From positions 4,864,001 through 4,928,000 of the forward strand of contig OZ253564.1 of assembly GCA_965262915.1 (NCBI GenBank): DNA of 64,000 bases, given 5' to 3'. Each line of letters starts with the position of its first letter. Position 1 is the stretch's first letter. The DNA is from Candidatus Spongiisociaceae bacterium. Lineage in GTDB: Bacteria > Actinomycetota > Acidimicrobiia > Spongiisociales > Spongiisociaceae. The notes under the pieces were generated by a model. The model ran no database searches, was not told the DNA's origin, and saw nothing but the letters and a program-made list of their open reading frames with translations. The translations under genes were made by a program, and so were the position numbers. Of the stretch, positions 53,897 through 61,725 are shown piece by piece.

Positions 53897-55477
53897 TCAG
53901 GCCCTGAGCACCGCGCCGTGGCGGGCTCCGGTCTCGGCGCCAGACACGATCGTCGGACCGCCGTTCACGATGAGGTGCTCGACCCCTACCGCCAGCCGGT
54001 TGGGATCTTCGAGGGAACCACGCTCGGCGAACCGGTCGCCGTCGAACACCGCGATGTCGGCCCTATGACCCTCACGTAGCTCACCGCGGTCGGCCAGCCC
54101 TACGCGGCCCGCCGGCTGCGCCGTGAGCTTGTGAACGGCCTCCTCGAGGGACAGGTGCGACGCCTCGCGCACCATGTGGCGGAAGAACCACGAGGCCCAG
54201 GTGTATGCGCCGAGGAAGGTCGTTTCGGCGAGCGGCCCGTCGATGCACAGCGCGGTGGCATCCGACTCCGTCGTGCATAGAGGATGGCGGAAGATCTCGG
54301 TCAGCATGTCCTCCTCGTAGCTGTGGACGATGACCAGAGCCGGGTGGGGATCGTCGCCTTCGGCGAGGAGAAGGTCGTAGATCGTGTCGAACACGTCGCC
54401 TCCTGGCGGAGTCAGGTCGGCCAGCGACCTTCCGACCCCCTCCGGCGACCCGTCGCTGGCGAACAAGAAGACGCGATCCCAGCCCCCCAGCCCGAACGAC
54501 GAGATGATGCTCTCATAGCGCTTGAGGCGGCGTCTCGCCGCCGGATCACGCAATCGGGCCGCGAGGTCGGCCGGTCCGCCTTCGAGCGCCCACTGCGGCA
54601 GGGAGGCGCTGAGGTTGGTGATGCCGTGGAGCCGTGTGTGTGCATCGAACTGCACGTCGAGCCCGTCGGCGACCGCGGCCTCGGCGAGCCCGATCATGGC
54701 CTCCAGGGCGCCGTCGGGAGCGCCGCGGTGGGGGATCAGATGCGAGAGCTGCAGCCTGACGCCCGATGCCATCGAGGCCCTGATGCCCTCTTCGACGGCC
54801 TCGATCGCAAGCAAGTCGCGCTCCCTCTCATGGGTGGCGTAGAGCCCGCCGCGTGCTGCGACGATGCGGCACAACTCGATGATCTCCTCTTCGGATGCAT
54901 GGTGCTCAGGCAGGTACTCCAGGCCGGTAGACAGCCCGAAAGCGCCGGCGTCCAGGGCGGCTTCGAGCAGCCTCGCCATGTCGCGGGTCTCGGAGGCCAT
55001 TGCCGGTCGGGCCACATCATCGACTGCAGCGATCCGGAGGTTGCCGTTGGGAACCAGGGTGGCAACGTTCACCACGGGGCGGAACTCGTCGAGAAGATCC
55101 AGGTAGTCGCCGAGGCTCCCCCAGTCGATCTTGAGCAGATCCTAGTACCCGTAGATGTTGCCCTTGAAGCGCTCGATGTCGCCCACGAAGGGCCCGCAGC
55201 CGTGGCCGCAGTTGCCGACCAACTCGGTGGTCACCCCCTGGTAGATCTGGCTCTGGGCCCTGGGGTCGACGAGCAGCGTGAAGTCCGAGTGGCTGTGGAT
55301 GTCGACGAAGCCGGGAGCGACCACCATTTCGGCGGCGTCGAGCGTGAGCGACGCCTCCCCACTCCGCAGATTCCCGATTGCGGCGATCCGGTCGCCGTTC
55401 ACACCGATGTCGGCGTTGCGGCCGGGAGCTCCCGTTCCGTCCACGACGAAGCCGCCGCTCACAACGATGTCAAACAT
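53897..55477 (-). pseudogene. N-acyl-D-amino-acid deacylase with one in-frame TAG (55142-55144)
   Basis: DGTG.P, PGFVDIHSHSD, QGVTT..GNCG, then GLSTGLEY, H.R, ADIAVFD in the same frame. Confidence 0.85.
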
Positions 55478-55488
55478 CGGTCTTCCCC

Positions 55489-56469
55489 TCACCACGCATC
55501 GGCGTAGAAGTTGCGAGGCCACGAGTGGTCCCGCAACTTCTCGAGCACCTCAGACACCAACAGCCGCCCGTCTGAGACGGCGCAATTCTGGCCCACATGA
55601 GCCAGCGAGCGCATCCCCGGGATAACGGTGGACACCGCGTCCTCGCTGAGACAGAAGCGCAGTGCGCCTTCGGCGAGGCTCGAGGCGTGCTCGGCGAGGG
55701 TCTCCGCTACTGCTCCGGCCCGGGCTACCGTCTCGGCCAGGCGGCCGCCTTTGAAGTAGCCGCGGCGCCAGTCACCGGCCGCAAACACGGTGTCGGAGCG
55801 GAGGGCACCAGTGAGGCCGCCCTCGTCGAATGGAGAACGGGCGATCACGCCGATGTCGAGTTCCTCGCATCGGGGCAGCAGGCGCTCGTGTGCCGACTGG
55901 TCGAAGAGGTTGTAGATCACCTGCACGGTGTCCACCAGTCCCGATTCCAACAGGCGCAGCACCGAATCGGGCTCATGATCGTTAGTGGACACCCCGAAGA
56001 ACCGGATCTTGCCCCCATTCTTGAGCGCCGACACCGCGTCCGCCCACTGGCCCTGGTCGGTCCAGGAGTCGGCCCAGAAGTGGAATTGCTGGAGATCGAT
56101 GTGGTCGGTGCCGAGACGGCGCAGGCTCTCCTCGGTGCACGATCGAATCCACCCCGGTGAATAGCAGTCCTCGACCGCCATGTCGTCGGTAGCGGGCCAC
56201 ACACGTGTCTCGAGCGGGACCTTGGTAGCGACAATGGGTGTGACATCCGGTCGGCTTACGAGGACCTCGCCTATCAACTCCTCCGACCGGCCTTCGCCGT
56301 ATCCGTACGCCGTGTCGATGAAGTTGACGCCCAAGTCCAAAGCGTGATGGAGGGCTTGCTTGGACCCCTCGTCGTCTCGCTCGCCCCAAGCCAGCCCACC
56401 GATGCCCCACGTCCCGATGCCGACTTCCGACACTTCCAGCCCGGTACACCCGAGCTTTCGGTAGCGCAT
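55489..56469 (-). CDS. Aldo/keto reductase
   Basis: LG.TGLEVSE.G.GTW, DTAY.YG.G.SE, SLRRL.TD.IDL, GVS, IPG. Confidence 0.92.
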   Translation of the reverse strand: MRYRKLGCTGLEVSEVGIGTWGIGGLAWGERDDEGSKQALHHALDLGVNFIDTAYGYGEGRSEELIGEVLVSRPDVTPIVATKVPLETRVWPATDDMAVEDCYSPGWIRSCTEESLRRLGTDHIDLQQFHFWADSWTDQGQWADAVSALKNGGKIRFFGVSTNDHEPDSVLRLLESGLVDTVQVIYNLFDQSAHERLLPRCEELDIGVIARSPFDEGGLTGALRSDTVFAAGDWRRGYFKGGRLAETVARAGAVAETLAEHASSLAEGALRFCLSEDAVSTVIPGMRSLAHVGQNCAVSDGRLLVSEVLEKLRDHSWPRNFYADAW

Positions 56470-56470
56470 C

Positions 56471-57175
56471 TCAACCTTCCGGGGGAAGCGGATTCCACTC
56501 TTCGTAGGTCATCCCGACGGCTTGTCGAGGCTCCTTGGTGCGGACGTGGTTGTAAATGTGCAGGTACGGCCGGTAGACATGGAGCAGGGAGCGAAGCTCG
56601 CCGACGGCGTCGGACGCGTGGAAGTCGATGCGCAAATCGATGTCGGGAAACGTATCCGTCTCGGCCACCACCAGCGTGGCCGAGCGCTCGTAGAAGTCCC
56701 CGCCCTGGCCTCCGGCATCGCGACCGGCCTCCAGGCCGGCCACCAAGCGATCCTCCACAGGATTACCCGCCGCCGACTCGAACGCATCGGCCATCGCTTC
56801 GACCACCCCTTCACCCTCGAGGGCGTTCCCCGTGGCGATGTAGCCGTCGCCGATGACGTGGCCGGACCAGTAGCCTGTCCTGTCCCCGGTGTGCGCAGCG
56901 GCGACCCCGTCCGGGGTCAGCACTGCCGTCTGGCGAAAGGCGTAGTCGGGATCAACGTCGGCCAACCCAGTGACGACTTCCCCAGGAGAGAGACCGCGCT
57001 CCAGCATGCCGGTTGCCACGGGGAGCAACCTGGGATCGGCGTACGCCTGGCTGGCGATCGCGCCGACCCCAGACCGGACCACCTGACAGTACCCGCCGGC
57101 GGCGATCGAGTGGGTGGCAATGCCGACGCCGACACGGCCCGTCGCAAAGTCACATCCGAGGATCGTGTAAGTCAT
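56471..57175 (-). CDS. DUF1028 (Ntn-hydrolase-like) protein
   Basis: MTYTI, GVGAIASQ, RQ, AHTG, GN.L, L.AG..AGG, DLRID. Confidence 0.88.
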   Translation of the reverse strand: MTYTILGCDFATGRVGVGIATHSIAAGGYCQVVRSGVGAIASQAYADPRLLPVATGMLERGLSPGEVVTGLADVDPDYAFRQTAVLTPDGVAAAHTGDRTGYWSGHVIGDGYIATGNALEGEGVVEAMADAFESAAGNPVEDRLVAGLEAGRDAGGQGGDFYERSATLVVAETDTFPDIDLRIDFHASDAVGELRSLLHVYRPYLHIYNHVRTKEPRQAVGMTYEEWNPLPPEG

Positions 57176-57198
57176 GTCGCCATTCCGCCTTTGCTGGT

Positions 57199-57320
57199 CA
57201 TTGCTGGTCCGGGCCGAGCCAACCGAACTCGTACGAGATCTGGTTGGCCGCTGCGATCACGAGAGCGGCGAGCGCGGCCTGGTCGTCCTCACCGGCGGGT
57301 GAAGCGACCGGGTCCGCTGT
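57199..57320 (-). pseudogene. Possible IclR-type regulator C-terminal remnant
   Basis: ...DQAALAALVIAAANQISYEFG...* ends just upstream of the DUF1028 gene. Confidence 0.35.
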
Positions 57321-57410
57321 CGGCTGGGCCATCGGGGGTACCTCGTCGGGGGGTTTCCGATACTAGACCGCCGGGGTACCGGCAGACAGCCGCCCACGCG
57401 CTGGGGCGGG

Positions 57411-57560
57411 TCAGCCCCTGTCGAACTGGTCGTCGGTAAGCCGAGCGACGGCTTCGGGACCGGGCCGGGTGTAAACGCCGAGGGTGCGCAGATCCCCGGT
57501 GGCGGCTCTTGGCCTGCAGCATCACCGCCGAAGCTCCACCCTCCGGAGTGTCGGCCGAAT
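57411..57560 (-). pseudogene. Tyrosine recombinase C-terminal remnant (copy A, no IS inserted)
   Basis: GGASAVMLQAKSRH[fs]DLRTLGVYTRPGPEAVARLT: box II His and catalytic Tyr. Confidence 0.7.
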
Positions 57561-57932
57561 AGGCACGACCCATAGCCCCGAGTATCCCCCACCGGTAATG
57601 AGACAGCCCGGTAAATGCCCGGCTTCTACGACCCCAAGAATGGGAGAACCCCCGACCTTGCAGAGGTCCGGGGGCTCCCATGGGTGCTGGGATGTTAAGG
57701 ATACCAGAAACCTAACCGCCGACACCCAGCGACCGTCAACAACCGTGACCGACGGCCCGAACATGCGGTATTGCACATATCCGTCCCATACCTGCAATAA
57801 CCAGGCAGGTATGGGATGTTGTGGGGTTCGGTGTGGGTTGAGGGATCCCGATCGGGGGACGGGTTAAGGACCCGGGGGCTAGATGATGCCAGCGCTGGGG
57901 CTAGGAACCTCCACACCCGAGATCGTCGACCG

Positions 57933-58145
57933 CTAGGTGTCGTCCGTCCCAGACCCCGCCCCACGCTGCCGCCGGTCGAGGGCTTCCACGACGGCTTCTG
58001 CGACCGCGGCGGCGAAGCGGCGTCTGCCTCGCTCCGACCATGCCCGCCGTATCATCGGACCTACGATGATCCCCCCCAAAGCGATCCCACCGACGGTGAG
58101 GACCGTGGGAAGATCAGCATTGATAACAAGACCGCTGGTGTCCAC
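57933..58145 (-). CDS. 70-aa single-TM peptide (copy 1)
   Basis: Protein identical to 60320..60532; TM segment followed by basic and amphipathic stretches. Confidence 0.5.
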   Translation of the reverse strand: MDTSGLVINADLPTVLTVGGIALGGIIVGPMIRRAWSERGRRRFAAAVAEAVVEALDRRQRGAGSGTDDT

Positions 58146-58223
58146 CGCGGAGAAGGTAGCACCAGTCGGGGAGCCACACCCCAGCGTGTCCGCCGCTCCA
58201 CCAACCCGGAGCCGCGGCTGCGC

Positions 58224-58324
58224 TCAGGCCCTGTCGAACTGGTCGTCGGTGAGCCGGGCGACGGCTTCGGGACCGGGCCGGGTGTAAACCCCGAGAGTGC
58301 GCAGATCCCGGTGGCGGCTCTTAG
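58224..58324 (-). pseudogene. Tyrosine recombinase C-terminal remnant (copy B, cut by IS1380)
   Basis: KSRHRDLRTLGVYTRPGPEAVARLTDDQFDRA*. Confidence 0.7.
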
Positions 58325-60140
58325 CCTGAATCCACCGACGGCCTCCCCGGGGGGTGGTCCGGGGTGCGGTTGGTGGGGGGTTGAGGGGTTGGGGCTGGTT
58401 GGATTCGGGGGGTTTCGGGGGTGTGGTGGGTGTGGTTTGGTGGGTTAGGTAGTGTTGGAGGCTGGTTGGGATGGTTTCGGGCGTGTGTGGTCGGGGTTTG
58501 GGTGGTTGGTTATGGTTGCGGCGGGTCCGTCGGGCCGGGTCAGCAGAGCTGTGGCAGCGCCCGGAGGTTAGTGAGGGTGGTTAGGTAGGCGCCGGCCCAG
58601 GGCCATCGGGCGGGTAGACGCAGGAGGCGGCGTCCGCCGTGGTTGACGAGGCGTCCAGGGAGTCCGAACAGTCGGGTACGGATGGTACGTCCACAGACCA
58701 GCCGCCCGGGCGGCTGCGTACCCCCGAGGAGGGCTATCTGCCGGTAGAGGTTATGGGCTAGGGCGGCGCAGATCAGCCAGGCGGCGTTAGCTGCGAAGAC
58801 GCCGGAGGGTAGGTGGGCGAGACCCCCGGAGTCTTTGAGGTCGCGGATGGCGAGTTCGCATGTGGCGTGGCGGCGGTGGTACCGGTCGATTTCGACCGCG
58901 GGCAGCGGGCTGTGCGCTTCCCCAGGGTTGTCACCGATCTCTACCACCGGCAGTTCGGCCACTTCGGTGTCTTGTTCTCCGCGGCGGGGTTGGTGGCCGG
59001 TGTCGTCTTGTCCGGCCCCGGGTTGGTGGCGCCGGTCGGCTTCTGCCGCGGGCAGGTCCAGGTTGGTGACGAACGCGTGGTATCGCCAGTCGGGCCACAG
59101 CTCGGCTTGGGAACCGAGCAGGCGGGTGCGGCGCACTACCAGGCGAACCCGGCGTTTCTGCGACCGTTTCTTGGGGTTGGTCATCTCCAGGACTGTTTCC
59201 CCCACTTGTGCCAGCCCGCCTTCGGGATAGGCAATGGGGGTCCACGCGTCTTTGTCGATATTGCTGATCAGTGTCCTAATCTTGGCATTCAGCGGGCAGG
59301 TGATCGACCAGCCCACCCCGAGGCGGTCGAGGGCGGCCAAGAGGGTATAGGACCAGAACCCCGAATCGGCCCGCACGCTCACCGGGCCCCTGGCCCCGGC
59401 CCGTCGCACACGCCGCACTGTCTCCCCAACGAAATGGACCACACCCCTCTGCGATGCTCCTTCCCGCAGACGGGCGCCGACCACTTCCCCCGTATCGGCT
59501 CGGAACGCCAACAGCGGGTGATAACCCAACTCTTTGGTGTAGCCATAGGCGGCCCCTTGTTTGGTCTTGGCAGACACCTCACAGATCGTCGAGTCCACAT
59601 CGAGGGTCACCGCTCCCTTACCGGGACCGGCGCCCGCCCCCCACGCACGGCCCAGCGCTACGGTCACCACCTTCTCCAACTGGCGTACATGACCCCAGGT
59701 GAACGAACGCAGGAAGGTTCCCACAGTGGACGGGGCCATCACCGCATGGGGCAACACCCGGTCGGTGGAACCCGCCCGGAGCCGATCCACATGGTCAATA
59801 TGGGAGGCGCCCACCAGCATCGCAGCTACCAACGTGCACACCTTACGACCCGGATGCGCGCCACCCACCCGGCCGCCCAACCGCACCGTCCGATCCACCA
59901 AACCTTCCAAACCCAAACGGTCCATCAACGTCCCGGCCGCCAACAACCCAGCGTCGGCCACCAGCCCCTCATCATCGAAAACCGCCCCATACCGGTCGAT
60001 ATTCTGCAATACTCCACTCACAGGAAGCGCCTCCAGACTCCGAGCCAATCACCATGTTTCGTATGGCTATTGTCCCAGATCAGAGGCACTTTCCGCGTCT
60101 ATCCACCCCCAACCACAGAATATCTACCGGTGGATTCAGG
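58325..60140 (-). mobile_element. IS1380-family insertion sequence
   Basis: Perfect 13-bp terminal IR cctgaatccaccg (58325-58337) / cggtggattcagg (60128-60140). Confidence 0.9.
58540..60048 (-). CDS. IS1380-family transposase
   Basis: LV.DAGL, APST.G.FLRSF, LDVDST, GYHPL, RADSGF, HR..A..E..IRDLK, LPSG.F.AN.AW. Confidence 0.92.
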   Translation of the reverse strand: MARSLEALPVSGVLQNIDRYGAVFDDEGLVADAGLLAAGTLMDRLGLEGLVDRTVRLGGRVGGAHPGRKVCTLVAAMLVGASHIDHVDRLRAGSTDRVLPHAVMAPSTVGTFLRSFTWGHVRQLEKVVTVALGRAWGAGAGPGKGAVTLDVDSTICEVSAKTKQGAAYGYTKELGYHPLLAFRADTGEVVGARLREGASQRGVVHFVGETVRRVRRAGARGPVSVRADSGFWSYTLLAALDRLGVGWSITCPLNAKIRTLISNIDKDAWTPIAYPEGGLAQVGETVLEMTNPKKRSQKRRVRLVVRRTRLLGSQAELWPDWRYHAFVTNLDLPAAEADRRHQPGAGQDDTGHQPRRGEQDTEVAELPVVEIGDNPGEAHSPLPAVEIDRYHRRHATCELAIRDLKDSGGLAHLPSGVFAANAAWLICAALAHNLYRQIALLGGTQPPGRLVCGRTIRTRLFGLPGRLVNHGGRRLLRLPARWPWAGAYLTTLTNLRALPQLC

Positions 60141-60241
60141 CTAAGAGCCGCCACCGGGATCTGCACACTCTGGGGGTTTACACCCGGCCCGGTCCCGAAG
60201 CCGTCGCCCGGCTCACCGACGACCAGTTCGACAGGGCCTGA
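60141..60241 (+). pseudogene. Tyrosine recombinase C-terminal remnant (copy C, cut by IS1380)
   Basis: KSRHRDLHTLGVYTRPGPEAVARLTDDQFDRA*. Confidence 0.7.
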
Positions 60242-60319
60242 CAGCAGCGGCAGCTCCGGGTTGGTGGAGCGGCGGACACGCTGGGGTGTAGCCGCCCGAC
60301 TGGTGCTACCTTCTCCGCG

Positions 60320-60532
60320 GTGGACACCAGCGGTCTTGTTATCAATGCTGATCTTCCCACGGTCCTCACCGTCGGTGGGATCGCTTTGGGGGGGATCATC
60401 GTAGGTCCGATGATACGGCGGGCATGGTCGGAGCGAGGCAGACGCCGCTTCGCCGCCGCGGTCGCAGAAGCCGTCGTGGAAGCCCTCGACCGGCGGCAGC
60501 GTGGGGCGGGGTCTGGGACGGACGACACCTAG
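60320..60532 (+). CDS. 70-aa single-TM peptide (copy 2)
   Basis: MDTSGLVINADLPTVLTVGGIALGGIIVGPMIRRAWSERGRRRFAAAVAEAVVEALDRR... Confidence 0.5.
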   Translation: MDTSGLVINADLPTVLTVGGIALGGIIVGPMIRRAWSERGRRRFAAAVAEAVVEALDRRQRGAGSGTDDT

Positions 60533-60896
60533 CGGTCGACGATCTCGGGTGTGGATTCCTAGCCCCAGCGCTGGCATCATCTAGCCCCCGGGTCCTTAAC
60601 CCGTCCCCCGATCAGGATCCCTCAACCCACACCGAACCCCACAACATCCCATACCTGCCTGGTTATTGCAGGTATGGGACGGACATGTGCAATACCGCAT
60701 GTTCGGGCTGTCGGGCACGGTCGCTGGGACAGGGCCGGGTGTCGGCGGTTGGGTTTCTGGTATCCTTAGCAACCCACACCCATGGGAGCCCCCGGACCTC
60801 TGCAAGGTCGGGGGTTCTCCCATTCTTGGGGTTGTAGAGGCCGGGCATTTACCGTGCCGTGTTGTTCGTTTCTCCCCACCTGTGGGTCCGGGTCCG

Positions 60897-61230
60897 GTGT
60901 CACCGGTTCATCCGGTGTGTCATGTGCCGTCTGTGGGTGGGCGGTGGAGGCGTTCTTCGCCGGCCGTGATCTGGCTTCGGCGACTTGTCGTACTTACCGT
61001 CAGGCTCTCGGTCCTCTCGTCGAAACGGTGGGTAGTGATCGTCCTGTCACCGACCTCGACGCCGACCGGGTAGCGGCTGTGTTCGAGGAGTTGTGGGCCG
61101 ACCACACGCCGGCGGCGTGGAACACTCGGCGGGTGGCGGTGCAGGCGTTCGCTTCGTGGTGTGGGGAGCGATGGCCCCTGGCCGGCGATCTGCTGGTGGG
61201 GGTGGGTCCACGCCGCCGGCGGACGGCTCC
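60897..61230 (+). pseudogene. Tyrosine recombinase N-terminal (core-binding) remnant
   Basis: AVEAFFAGRDLASATCRTYRQAL...LWADHTPAAWNTRRVAVQAFASWC, typical of actinobacterial XerC-like integrases; 5' frameshift and 3' truncation. Confidence 0.7.
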
Positions 61231-61263
61231 CCCAGGCAAGGAGCTATCCGCGCATCCTCTAAG

Positions 61264-61276
61264 CCTGGATCCACCG
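61264..61276. mobile_element. Solo IS1380-like terminal repeat
   Basis: cctggatccaccg (12/13 match to the IS1380 IR), preceded by CTAAG, the same target as at 60141. Confidence 0.6.
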
Positions 61277-61725
61277 AAAGGGATGTGGGTGTGGTGTCGC
61301 CTGAGCGAATGGAAGGCTCTTGATCGTCTTGCGAACGCCACGTGGGCCTCGCCTGCGTCGGCTGCGTTGGCTGGTCCGGTGGCTGGTGGTGGACGGTTGT
61401 CCCGATCGTGGCTGCTGGCTATGCCCTCGACTGGCTCCTGAGTTGATTACCCGCCTGCGGAGGGGTAGACCGCTGCCACCGGCGGTGAACAGCCAGGTAA
61501 CCGGTTCCCCCAGCACGCCATGGCGGCTCTCCCCCCTCGAGGGTTTCGGGCGGAAACACCCCACAACCAGCTGTCAGAACGCTAACCAACACAACACAAA
61601 CGGCTAGAAGCCGGTCTACGGGCTGGGAGAACCCTGCCACGACCCAGGGAGGCTTAACCGCTCCGGTTTGTACGGTTCACCCGGACCGGCCAGAAATCAT
61701 CGGGGGTTGGGCGGGTCGGTCTGTT

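Larger units (their letters stand above)
57609..58337 (-). repeat. Left arm of ~730-bp inverted repeat
   Basis: Near-identical reverse complement of 60128-60854, with scattered substitutions and indels. Confidence 0.95.
60128..60854 (+). repeat. Right arm of ~730-bp inverted repeat
   Basis: Reverse complement of 57609-58337. Confidence 0.95.

Noticed and set aside
51301-55144. In-frame TAG codons as pyrrolysine or readthrough recoding
   Set aside because: The CocE TAG replaces a conserved Trp (TGG>TAG) and the same gene also has a TAA. No pyl genes are in the window, TAG is a normal stop in core genes, and neighbouring genes are decayed.
61419-61640. 73-aa ORF with lipobox-like LTAGC
   Set aside because: Short, in a scrambled IS-scarred region, with no recognisable domain; cannot be supported.
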